Assembly (NCBI GenBank): GCA_040899895.1
Contig: JBBDZW010000047.1
Location: 1-58,074 of the forward strand
Reading direction: 5' to 3'
From: Minisyncoccota bacterium
Lineage (GTDB): Bacteria > Patescibacteriota > Minisyncoccia > 2-02-FULL-40-12 > GWA2-44-9
Length of the DNA: 58,074 nt
Below are positions 7,695-16,451 of this stretch, in pieces. Below the pieces are notes generated by a model that made no database searches, had not been told where the DNA came from, and saw only the letters and a list, made by a program, of their open reading frames with translations. A program made the translations under genes and the position numbers. How positions within the stretch are numbered: position 1 is the stretch's first letter; each line of letters begins with the position of its first letter.

Positions 7695-7700
7695 CAATCT

Positions 7701-9362
7701 ATGTCCACAACCCAGTTGCAGAATAAAGAAACTGAACTAGACAAAAAACTTGTTGATATTCAAATAAAAAGAGTGGAAGAAGAGGCAAGATCTTTGGCTC
7801 AAAAACTTGGTCTGCCATTTTCTGATCTAAAATCTGCGCCGATAGATACCGATGCGCTTATTTTAGTAGACGAACAAACAGCCAGAAAATCACAAATAGC
7901 CGTTATTGTGAAAAACGGGATTAATTTGACCCTGATCGCCATCAATCCTGAAAATCCGGAAACATCTAAAACGCTTGGTGAACTGGAAAAAAGGGGTTTT
8001 AAAATTAATATCATTATTACTACCCCGGCAATATTAGATAAAATTCTTGTCCGCTATAACACAACAAAGGGCCTAGAAATATTTGAAACCGGTTCTATAG
8101 AAGTAAGAGAGGAAGCACTCAAAACATACGAGAGTGAAATAAAAAATATCACGGACCTTAAAAACAAAGTTACCGAAATATCTGCCACTGAAATGCTTGA
8201 AGTGATGATAGCCGGCGCCTTAATGCTGGAAGCTTCTGATATACATTTTGAACAAGAAATTCAGGATATAAGAATACGCTATAGACTAGATGGTGTTCTG
8301 AATGACGTCACAACAATAGACAGAGATTCTTTTTCAAAACTTCTGAGTCGGGTGAAAGTTCTGTCAAAGATGAAACTCAATATTCACAGTACGCCCCAAG
8401 ACGGACGTTTCACCATAAAAGAAAAATCTATTGATATAGAAGTAAGGGTCTCCGTGCTACCCAGCGAATTCGGAGAAACCATTGTAATGAGGTTGCTTGA
8501 TCCCAGAACCATTAAAACCAATCTTGAAGACCTCGGTATGCGCGAAGATCTTTTGAGGGATGTAAAAAAACAGCTGGAAAAATCAACCGGCTCTATCCTT
8601 ACCACCGGACCAACTGGTTCCGGTAAAACAACCACTCTTTACTCGTTTATCCAAGATCTTAATTCGGCCGGGACAAAGATAATCACAATTGAGGATCCTA
8701 TTGAATATCATATAAAAGGAATCTCTCAAACCCAGGTTGATTCCAAAAAGGGCTATACTTTCGCCAACGGATTAAGAGCGATTGTCAGACAAGACCCGGA
8801 TATTATATTGGTTGGAGAGATAAGAGATGAGGAGACGGCTGATATCGCCCTTCAGGCGGCTCTTACCGGTCACTTAGTGCTTTCTACAATACATACAAAC
8901 AATGCGGCCGGTACTATCCCCCGCTTAATTGACCTGGGTATCCAGCCCCAAATAATTGCCCCGGCAATAAATATGGCTTTAGCCCAAAGGTTGGTCAGAA
9001 AACTTTGCCAGAACTGTAAAATAGAAGAGAAAATAAAACCGGAAACATTGGAAGAGACGAAGAAAATGCTGGAACCCTTAAAAGACAGGTTTACCTTGCC
9101 AAAACTAGACAAATCACTCAAAATTTTCTTCCCCGGAAAATGCAAAGAATGCAATGAGACCGGGTACAAGGGACGAATTGGAATATATGAGGCTTTCACA
9201 GTAACAAAAGAGATGGAGAAATTGGTCCTTAAAAGTCCGGCAATATCCGATATTGAAGATTTAGCCGTAGCCCAGGGAATGGTAACCATGCTTCAGGATG
9301 CTTATATGAAGTTGCTAGACGGCACGACATCAGTAGAAGAAATAAAAAGAGTTTTAGGATAA
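7701..9362 (+). CDS. GspE/PilB-family type II/IV secretion ATPase (orphan copy)
   Basis: T2SSE N-terminal domain, Walker A GPTGSGKTTTL, Walker B ILVGEIRD, His box LSTIHTN, C-terminal tetracysteine CQNC...CKECNETGYKGR. Confidence 0.88.
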   Translation: MSTTQLQNKETELDKKLVDIQIKRVEEEARSLAQKLGLPFSDLKSAPIDTDALILVDEQTARKSQIAVIVKNGINLTLIAINPENPETSKTLGELEKRGFKINIIITTPAILDKILVRYNTTKGLEIFETGSIEVREEALKTYESEIKNITDLKNKVTEISATEMLEVMIAGALMLEASDIHFEQEIQDIRIRYRLDGVLNDVTTIDRDSFSKLLSRVKVLSKMKLNIHSTPQDGRFTIKEKSIDIEVRVSVLPSEFGETIVMRLLDPRTIKTNLEDLGMREDLLRDVKKQLEKSTGSILTTGPTGSGKTTTLYSFIQDLNSAGTKIITIEDPIEYHIKGISQTQVDSKKGYTFANGLRAIVRQDPDIILVGEIRDEETADIALQAALTGHLVLSTIHTNNAAGTIPRLIDLGIQPQIIAPAINMALAQRLVRKLCQNCKIEEKIKPETLEETKKMLEPLKDRFTLPKLDKSLKIFFPGKCKECNETGYKGRIGIYEAFTVTKEMEKLVLKSPAISDIEDLAVAQGMVTMLQDAYMKLLDGTTSVEEIKRVLG

Positions 9363-9365
9363 TCC

Positions 9366-9382
9366 GCCTGCCTACGGCAGGC
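9366..9382. repeat. GC-rich palindromic element GCCTGCC-tac-GGCAGGC (family copy 2)
   Basis: Lies 4 nt after the stop of the PilB-like gene and may act as a terminator hairpin. Flanks match copy 1 (tGCCTGCCTAC(C)GGCAGGCAGGCCA). Confidence 0.8.
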
Positions 9383-9400
9383 AGGCCAGACGGCAGAAGA

Positions 9401-9565
9401 ACCTTTTTAATCTGTAGGCAAGGTCCCGAACTTATAAAAATTCGGGATAGGATAATTCCGAGGAGTAGACCAGTCGGAACCAATCTATCCTGACTAGGAT
9501 AATATCCCGGTTGGATCATACGGTATGTAAATACGCCGACCCAATTGCCTACAGATTAAAAAGGT
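9401..9565. other. 165-nt element bounded by a perfect 21-bp inverted repeat (structured ncRNA or MITE-like element)
   Basis: acctttttaatctgtaggcaa (9401-9421) is the exact reverse complement of ttgcctacagattaaaaaggt (9545-9565). The helix extends by ggtc/gacc. Internal hairpins are cccgaa..ttcggg and aggata-attccga..tcggaa-tatcct. A U-rich tract follows. Confidence 0.6.
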
Positions 9566-9633
9566 CCTGATTTTCTTAAATAAACGTCCCGACAATACCC
9601 GGGACTATGGTGTATATTTTAATCCAAATAATC

Positions 9634-10662
9634 ATGAATGTCAACCCCAATAAAAGCCCAAATTTAACTTCAAAACCCGCTGTGCCAGAGGATACACAGC
9701 TTGACCAGGCTCTACGCCCAAAGACGTTTCCTGAATATGTCGGCCAAGATAAAATAAAAGATAATCTCCGGGTTATAATTGGCGCTGCCAAAAAAAGAGG
9801 CGAACCAATGGAACACGTGCTCCTGCATGGTCCTTCTGGTCTTGGCAAAACAACTCTTGCTTATCTTATCGCTAAAGAATTGGGGGCGAATATTAGAATA
9901 ACTTCCGGTACGGCTTTGGAGAAAGCCGGTGATGTTGGGTCTATTTTAAGCAGTCTGAGCGATGGCGATGTTTTGTTTATAGATGAAGTTCATCGTCTAA
10001 ATAAAACCATTGAAGAAGTTATTTATCCGGCGATGGAAAATTTTAAACTGGATATTGTTATTGGCAAGGGCAACTCCGCCAGGACACTCCAAATAGACCT
10101 TCCTCATTTTACCTTGATAGCAGCCACGACTAAAATCTCGCTCCTTTCGGCTCCGTTTAGGTCAAGGTTCGGAGTAAATTTCCGCTTGGATTTTTACAAA
10201 AATGAGGATATAGAAAAAATCATCGGCCGTTCTTCTGAATTATTGAGGGTCAAAATAGATGAAGGTGCCATTAAAACGATTGCAGTTTCTTCAAGATTTA
10301 CGCCTAGAGTGGCAAATAGACTTTTAAAGCGCGTCCGCGACTATGCTCAAATAAAAGATGTCTTAACTATAAACTCTGTTCTTGCTAAAGAAAGTTTAAA
10401 AATGCTGGAAGTGGACGAGGTGGGTCTTGAGGAAACAGATAGAAAAATCCTTCTCGCCATTGCCCAAAAATTCAGCGGCGGTCCGGTGGGAATAAAATCA
10501 ATAGCCGCCGCAATATCAGAAGAAGAAGCCACCATTGAAGATGTTTACGAACCCTATCTTATGCAAATAGGGTTCCTGGCAAGAACCCCAAAAGGCAGAG
10601 TCGTCACCCCCACAGGATATCGTCATCTGGGTATGCCGGAGAAAAACACTTTAGACCTATGA
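9634..10662 (+). CDS. ruvB: Holliday junction branch-migration ATPase RuvB
   Basis: LRPKTFPEYVGQ, Walker A GPSGLGKTT, Walker B LFIDEVHRL, sensor and winged-helix regions. Start moved from the track's 9607 to the second ATG (MNVNPNK), which is more plausible but uncertain. Confidence 0.9.
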   Translation: MNVNPNKSPNLTSKPAVPEDTQLDQALRPKTFPEYVGQDKIKDNLRVIIGAAKKRGEPMEHVLLHGPSGLGKTTLAYLIAKELGANIRITSGTALEKAGDVGSILSSLSDGDVLFIDEVHRLNKTIEEVIYPAMENFKLDIVIGKGNSARTLQIDLPHFTLIAATTKISLLSAPFRSRFGVNFRLDFYKNEDIEKIIGRSSELLRVKIDEGAIKTIAVSSRFTPRVANRLLKRVRDYAQIKDVLTINSVLAKESLKMLEVDEVGLEETDRKILLAIAQKFSGGPVGIKSIAAAISEEEATIEDVYEPYLMQIGFLARTPKGRVVTPTGYRHLGMPEKNTLDL

Positions 10663-10669
10663 AAATAAA

Positions 10670-11149
10670 ATGATAATTTTAGGGATAGATCCGGGCACAA
10701 CAAGAATAGGATTCGGCGTTATTGAATCAGACAAAAATAAGCTTACCGTAATTGATTATGGCATCATAAGCACATCCGGAAAAAATAAATCTTTGGACTA
10801 CGTATCCATATCGGAAAAATTGTCTAAAATAATATCCACTCATAAACCGAATAGGGCCGGTGTAGAAAAACTGTTCTTTTCCAACAACCAAAAGACGGCA
10901 ATGGCTGTTGCCGAAGCGCGGGGCATCATACTGCTGACGTTAGCCAACCATGGCCTAGAAATAAGGGAACTCACCCCCCAAGAGGTTAAGCAAGGCGTTT
11001 CAAGTTACGGCAAAGCGGATAAAAACCAGATCCAGAGAATGGTGCGCCTTATTTTGAACATAAAAGAAGAGATAAGACCGGATGACGCGGCGGATGCCCT
11101 GGCTATTGCAATTTGCTGTGCAAATAATAATATTTGGTCAGATATATGA
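10670..11149 (+). CDS. ruvC: crossover junction endodeoxyribonuclease RuvC
   Basis: ILGIDPGTTRIGFGVIE, EKLFF, DAADALAIAICC catalytic acidic residues. Length is typical for RuvC. Confidence 0.9.
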   Translation: MIILGIDPGTTRIGFGVIESDKNKLTVIDYGIISTSGKNKSLDYVSISEKLSKIISTHKPNRAGVEKLFFSNNQKTAMAVAEARGIILLTLANHGLEIRELTPQEVKQGVSSYGKADKNQIQRMVRLILNIKEEIRPDDAADALAIAICCANNNIWSDI

Positions 11150-11234
11150 CCTAAATTAATAAGCGTCTCATTAATTTTTAGCTGATAGCCGATGGGAAAT
11201 CAGTTAATTTTAAGAGATTTAAACTACGAGTCGT

Positions 11235-11426
11235 ATGTTCACCGAACACGATTATGCAGTTGACAGAGTTCCCCAGGAGTGGGCGATGCCCCACTCCGAG
11301 AACGGAGAAGAGTTAAAAGAAGAAGACGTAGAGTTAGACGAAGAAGAGGATGAGGGGAAAGACGAGGAAGAAGATGATGATGAGGAGGAGGAACTTGATA
11401 AAAACAACCAGCAACAATCCTGGTAA
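11235..11426 (+). CDS. small highly acidic hypothetical protein
   Basis: 63-aa ORF whose C-terminal two thirds are almost entirely Glu/Asp. A strong terminator follows. Coding status is not proven. Confidence 0.4.
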   Translation: MFTEHDYAVDRVPQEWAMPHSENGEELKEEDVELDEEEDEGKDEEEDDDEEEELDKNNQQQSW

Positions 11427-11431
11427 ATAAT

Positions 11432-11458
11432 AAATAACCCCCGGAACGGGGGTTATTT
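11432..11458. terminator. bidirectional rho-independent terminator
   Basis: aaataaccccc-ggaac-gggggttattt hairpin between the convergent acidic ORF and tyrS. Confidence 0.8.
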
Positions 11459-11460
11459 AT

Positions 11461-12633
11461 TTACTTTATTTTTAAGAACTTTTTGGGGCCGATTTGGACC
11501 ACATCCCCGCTCTTAGACACTTCTCTTCTCCACTCCTTAACCACCTCTCCATTAACACTCACTGCTCCCTGATCAATTAATATTTTTGCCTGAGTAGAAC
11601 TTACCGACCCGCTAACTTCAACAATGTCCTTTAGTTTACCGCCAACGACTTCTTCCATAATCGAGGGCAATTCCCCTTTTGAAAAAACCCTTTCCCATTC
11701 TTCCTGAGCTTTTTGAGCTTCTTTTCCTCCGTGATACATTTTAACGAGCTCAAAGGCCAGCCGCTCCTTCCATTCTTTGGGAGGTATTTTCGCAAAAGAA
11801 GGGTCTAGCCGGTCTTTTTTGAGCAGTTCAATATCTTCCTGGGACACATCTGTAAGAAGCGTGAAATATTTAACCATCAGCCCATCTGGTACCGACATCA
11901 CCTTTCCAAACATATCAGTCGGCTCGTCAGAAAGTCCGATATAATTGCCCGAGCTCTTGCTCATTTTCTTAACGCCGTCCAAACCCTCGATTAAAGGTAT
12001 CGTGATTATGTCTTGCTCCGGTTGTCCAAATTTTTTCTGAACCTTTCTCCCCATAAGAAGATTAAATTTTTGGTCGGTTCCTCCGAGTTCCACATCCGCT
12101 TTCACTTCCAATGAATCATAGCCTTGTAAGATGGGGTACATAATTTCGAGTATGCTGATCTCGACATCCTGTTTTAATCTTTTTTGAAAGTCGTCTCTCT
12201 CCAGCAGCCGAGCAACGGTGAATTTACTTGATAGTTCCATTAAAAAATCTGCCTTTTTATCTTTATACCACTCCGAGTTATATCTTACTTCTGTTTTTTT
12301 GATATCTATCACTTTACCTGCTTCCGAAAGGTAGTTTTTCATATTCTCTTTTATCTGTTTCTGGCTTAAGCTTGGACGCAATTCACTTCTCCCGGACGGA
12401 TCGCCTATAGTCGCGGTAAAATCACCAATAATAAAAACGGCCTTGTGTCCCTCGTCCTGAAACTGCTTAAGCTTTCTTAATACAACCGTATGTCCCAGAT
12501 GCAGGTCTTTTGCGGTCGGATCGATACCCAACTTTACTCGGAGTTTTTCTCCCTTTATTAATCTCTCTTCCAAATGTTCTTTCTCTATTATTTCCTCGAC
12601 TCCCTTCTCCAGCAAAGTATCCATATTTTTCAT
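11461..12633 (-). CDS. tyrS: tyrosine--tRNA ligase
   Basis: HIGH-type HLGH motif, KMSKS motif (KKMSKSSGNYI), GDFTATIGDPSGR, C-terminal S4-like RNA-binding domain. Confidence 0.9.
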   Translation of the reverse strand: MKNMDTLLEKGVEEIIEKEHLEERLIKGEKLRVKLGIDPTAKDLHLGHTVVLRKLKQFQDEGHKAVFIIGDFTATIGDPSGRSELRPSLSQKQIKENMKNYLSEAGKVIDIKKTEVRYNSEWYKDKKADFLMELSSKFTVARLLERDDFQKRLKQDVEISILEIMYPILQGYDSLEVKADVELGGTDQKFNLLMGRKVQKKFGQPEQDIITIPLIEGLDGVKKMSKSSGNYIGLSDEPTDMFGKVMSVPDGLMVKYFTLLTDVSQEDIELLKKDRLDPSFAKIPPKEWKERLAFELVKMYHGGKEAQKAQEEWERVFSKGELPSIMEEVVGGKLKDIVEVSGSVSSTQAKILIDQGAVSVNGEVVKEWRREVSKSGDVVQIGPKKFLKIK

Positions 12634-12726
12634 AATAAGTTATTTTATCGATTTTTTCAAACAAAACAGATATTATACCAACTCTTGTAAATAATCGTTT
12701 TTTGTGGCACAATCTTAATATTATTA

Positions 12727-14847
12727 ATGACTAAGACCTGGAGGAAACGACTGAACACAGGACAACTTGTTAAGGCATTGGGAATGCTTTTTTTGTGGTT
12801 TTTTGTAATTGGTTCCATAATTTTCCTTTCTCTTTTTTTATACCTTCAGAGAACCCTTCCCGACCCCGAAACTATAGCCAACAGAAAAGTCGGGGAATCC
12901 ACAAAAATATATGACCGGACGGGAGAAACGCTTCTCTTTTCTATTCACGGCGAAGAAAAAAGAACTGTTATACCTTGGGAAAAAATCCCTGAATCCGTAA
13001 AAAAAGCCACTTTAGCGACGGAGGATTCTAATTTCTACAACCATAAGGGACTAGATATGAGGGGCATTATCAGAGCTTTTTTTAGAAATCTAAAAAATCT
13101 TGAAATATCGGAGGGTGGCTCTACTATAACTCAACAGCTTGTAAAAAAGGCGCTTCTTGGAGATGAACGAACCATCTCTAGAAAGATTAAAGAATTGATT
13201 TATTCAATTGAAATAGAGAGGCGGTTTTCAAAAGACCAGATTTTGTGGATGTATTTAAATCAAATACCCTACGGTTCCAATCTTTATGGTATAGAAGAAG
13301 CCAGCAAAACATTCTTCGGTAAACCGGCACTTGAACTGACTAATACTGAAGCAGCTATCATTGCCGCCTTAATTAAAGCGCCGTCTTATTACTCACCCTA
13401 CGGCAACAATGTTCCCGAGCTTTTAGCTAGAAAAGATTTTGTGCTGGCAAGAATGCAAACATTAAATCTTATTTCTGAAGAAGAGTATGTCACAGCAAAA
13501 GAGCAGGAACTGGAGTTTAAAAAGAGCACTGAAAAATTAGTAGCTCCCCATTTTGTCATAATGGTAAAAGAATATCTGACATCCAAATATGGCGAAGGAA
13601 TTGTAGAAAGCGGGGGATTCAGAGTTATTACCACCCTGGACGCAAATCTTCAATCATTGGCGGAAGAGGTTGTAGGCAAATATGCAAAGATAAATAAAGA
13701 AAAATACAAAGCCTCAAATGCCGCCATGGTTTCCATAGATCCTAAAAATGGAGAAGTGTTGGCCTTGGTTGGTTCGGCTAATTATTTTGACATTGAAAAT
13801 GAAGGTAATTTCAATGTGACTACCGCCAAGAGACAACCTGGATCTTCCTTCAAACCATTCGCTTATGCCACGGCCTTGCAAAAAGGATATACCGATTACA
13901 CTGCCTTGTTTGATTTAAAAACGGAGTTCAATTTCAACTGTTCTCCGGATGCCTCTCAAAAAACTGACCGTTTTGGTGCAAATTGTTACCACCCTCAAAA
14001 CTACGACGGTCTTTACAGGGGTCCTGTGACGTTGAGACAGGCTCTTTCCCAGTCGTTAAACGTCCCTTCGGTTAAAACTCTTTATTTGGCCGGGATTAGC
14101 GATACTATAGATTTAGCTGAAAAGATGGGTATAACCACACTCCAAGAAAGAGAGCGTTTTGGCCTCTCTTTGGTCTTGGGTGGAGCTGAAGTTAAATTAG
14201 TGGACATTACCTCTGCTTACGGTGTTTTTGCCGCTGATGGGGTAAGAAACCCCTGGTCTTTTATCCAAAAAATAGAATCGGCTAACGGCTCGATCCTGGA
14301 AGAAAAAAAGGATGAACCCAAAAGAGTTCTGGATACGCAAACAGCCAGAATGATAAACAATATTCTATCAGACAATTCAACCAGAGCACCCGTATTTGGA
14401 TATTCAAGCTCCCTCTACATAGCTGGTCGTGATGTAGCGGCCAAAACAGGAACGACCCAAGAAAATCGCGACGCCTGGGTAATAGGATATTCGCCCAATC
14501 TCGTAACCGGCGTTTGGACAGGAAACAACAGGCAAGAATCAATGACCCAGCAAGGCGCCGGCATAAGCGCTGCTGGACCAATGTGGCATGAATTCATGGC
14601 CAAAGCGCTCGCTTCTTATCCAAATGATAGATTTGAGAATCCGGCACCTCTTTCTGCTAATAAAGCAATGCTTGATGGTAATTATATTTATAACAGGGGT
14701 GGTTCTTCGTCGCCCGAATATCACTCTATTCTTTTTTACGTTAACAAGGACGATCCCCAAGGGCCTTTCCCTTCCGATCCCAACCAGGATATCCAGTTCA
14801 ACAATTGGGAATGGTCAGTGCAAAATAATTTTAATCGTCCCTTGTAA
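12727..14847 (+). CDS. class A penicillin-binding protein (PBP1A-type transglycosylase/transpeptidase)
   Basis: N-terminal TM anchor, GT51 motifs EDSNFYNHKG and GGSTITQQL, transpeptidase motifs SSFKP (SxxK), SLN (SxN) and KTGTT. Confidence 0.9.
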   Translation: MTKTWRKRLNTGQLVKALGMLFLWFFVIGSIIFLSLFLYLQRTLPDPETIANRKVGESTKIYDRTGETLLFSIHGEEKRTVIPWEKIPESVKKATLATEDSNFYNHKGLDMRGIIRAFFRNLKNLEISEGGSTITQQLVKKALLGDERTISRKIKELIYSIEIERRFSKDQILWMYLNQIPYGSNLYGIEEASKTFFGKPALELTNTEAAIIAALIKAPSYYSPYGNNVPELLARKDFVLARMQTLNLISEEEYVTAKEQELEFKKSTEKLVAPHFVIMVKEYLTSKYGEGIVESGGFRVITTLDANLQSLAEEVVGKYAKINKEKYKASNAAMVSIDPKNGEVLALVGSANYFDIENEGNFNVTTAKRQPGSSFKPFAYATALQKGYTDYTALFDLKTEFNFNCSPDASQKTDRFGANCYHPQNYDGLYRGPVTLRQALSQSLNVPSVKTLYLAGISDTIDLAEKMGITTLQERERFGLSLVLGGAEVKLVDITSAYGVFAADGVRNPWSFIQKIESANGSILEEKKDEPKRVLDTQTARMINNILSDNSTRAPVFGYSSSLYIAGRDVAAKTGTTQENRDAWVIGYSPNLVTGVWTGNNRQESMTQQGAGISAAGPMWHEFMAKALASYPNDRFENPAPLSANKAMLDGNYIYNRGGSSSPEYHSILFYVNKDDPQGPFPSDPNQDIQFNNWEWSVQNNFNRPL

Positions 14848-14851
14848 ATCA

Positions 14852-15130
14852 CTAGCGAATAACTATTTGTTCTGAGTTTATTTTTTCTTCTTTAAAAATT
14901 CTAGAAAGGTCGCTTACTTTAAAAATAAGCTCGTTGGCGACAATTTTACTTGAAGTTTTAATAGTTATTATTTTATTGAAAATACTTACTTCAAAGCTTA
15001 GATTTTTTCCTTCTGGAAAACTTTCGTTCAAAAACCTAGAGAATGCGTGATTCAGACTATTATTTTCTGTTTCAAACTTAGATAAATTTTTCTTGAGTTT
15101 TTCTATCTTATCGCTAATACTTCTAAACAT
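14852..15130 (-). CDS. DUF721/DciA-like small protein downstream of dnaN
   Basis: 92 aa. Its position immediately after dnaN and the segment IITIKTSSKIVANELIFK resemble DUF721 proteins. Assignment is tentative. Confidence 0.4.
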   Translation of the reverse strand: MFRSISDKIEKLKKNLSKFETENNSLNHAFSRFLNESFPEGKNLSFEVSIFNKIITIKTSSKIVANELIFKVSDLSRIFKEEKINSEQIVIR

Positions 15131-15131
15131 T

Positions 15132-16223
15132 TTAGCTTCTGAGGGGCATTATCAAATAAACCAAATCCTTTCTGTTATTGCCGGGGCGCATTACCAACGG
15201 GCTACCCTGCCCTGTATATTCAAGAATAACGTCATTTGTATCCATAATCTTAAGACCGTCAAGAATATAGTGATAATTTAAAGAGATTTCAAACGGTTCG
15301 TTTTTTAATGTTGATGCCACTGCGGTTTCTATTTCTCCTTTATCGGAATTTTTTGCCGTAATATTAGTTTTTGTTTCAGCGCATTGAATTTTAATATCTG
15401 ATATATTTGAAGAAAATAGTCCGGCTAAACGTACATTTTTTTCTAAATCATTCTTATTTAATAAAACCTTTGATATAAATTTGTCGGGTATAACTTTTCT
15501 ATAATCTGGATAAGTTCCGTCTATTAAGCGTGAGACCATTTCAAAATCATCATTAGAAAAAGATATCTGGTTGTCGCTTAAATTCACAACCACTTCCCCG
15601 TCAAGTTCTCCGGATATCCTGGCAAGCTCTAAGACGGTGTTTCTTGGAATTATAAATGCCTGTTTGGATGAATTTTTAAAGTCTACGCTTTTTTCAGTCA
15701 ACCTAAAACTATCAGTGGATGCAAAAATAATTCTATCATTATCAAAACTTACAAATATACCAGCTAATTCCGGTCTTGATTCTGATAAAGCTGCTGAATC
15801 AATAACAGACATTAATGAATTTTTTAAAGATTTAGCGGGAATTATTGCTAATGGTTTATTTTTTATCTTAGGTATGATTGGAAAATCTTTAGCATCAAAA
15901 CCAAGTATTTGTATTTTGTAATGATCAGAGTTTATGTTTAAAATATTATTTTTAACACTTAAAGTTATCTTTTCGTCAGTCACATTTCCTGTAAAATCAG
16001 AAATTATCTTGGCTGGAACAGCAACTTGTCCAATGTCGTCAATTTTTGCTCCGATTATATAATTTATACCTATCTCCAGATTTGTTGCGGATAATCTTAA
16101 TCTTCCGTTTTCTGTTTTAAATAAAATATTGCTTAAAATAGGGAGTGTGGTGTTTCTGGAAACTATTTTTTCAACAACACTCAAAGCTTTTTTAAAATTT
16201 TTTTGATTAACAACTACTTTCAT
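15132..16223 (-). CDS. dnaN: DNA polymerase III beta sliding clamp
   Basis: 363 aa with three-domain clamp architecture. N-terminus KVVVNQKNFKKALSVVEKIVSRNTTLPILSNILF, C-terminus YLIMPLR. Synteny with dnaA. Confidence 0.92.
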   Translation of the reverse strand: MKVVVNQKNFKKALSVVEKIVSRNTTLPILSNILFKTENGRLRLSATNLEIGINYIIGAKIDDIGQVAVPAKIISDFTGNVTDEKITLSVKNNILNINSDHYKIQILGFDAKDFPIIPKIKNKPLAIIPAKSLKNSLMSVIDSAALSESRPELAGIFVSFDNDRIIFASTDSFRLTEKSVDFKNSSKQAFIIPRNTVLELARISGELDGEVVVNLSDNQISFSNDDFEMVSRLIDGTYPDYRKVIPDKFISKVLLNKNDLEKNVRLAGLFSSNISDIKIQCAETKTNITAKNSDKGEIETAVASTLKNEPFEISLNYHYILDGLKIMDTNDVILEYTGQGSPLVMRPGNNRKDLVYLIMPLRS

Positions 16224-16451
16224 ATTTTTATTTATTAATGATAATTAATTATTTTTTAAATTTATTAGTATTATTAAGAAGGTCGTTTTCGTGGAGATCT
16301 TCTATTTACCCATTTTTATCCGCTGATTAACTGGATTTATTTACTTTTAATTATCCTCCGTACTTGTTTATAATCTATGGCTTTCTTGGGAATAGATCGG
16401 GATAATTTTTTATAAAATAAATTATCCACCAAAATATCGACAACTTGTTCA
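16224..16451. other. putative oriC (dnaA-dnaN spacer with DnaA-box-like 9-mers and an AT-rich unwinding region)
   Basis: TTATCCGC (16316-16323), TTATCCTCC (16351-16359), TTATCCACC (16422-16430), and inverted gggataa (about 16399-16405). An almost pure A/T tract spans 16224-16280. Confidence 0.6.

Noticed and set aside
9607-9633. N-terminal extensions given by the ORF track for ruvB, pilM (53122-53172), ligA (42257-42316), pcrA (33963-34025), cca (37019-37051), virB4 (23254-23298) and the Cys-rich protein (31112-31147)
   Set aside because: The extensions are hydrophobic or low-complexity, overlap tRNAs or neighbouring genes, and precede an internal ATG where family-typical N-termini begin. 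The shorter starts were preferred but are not proven.
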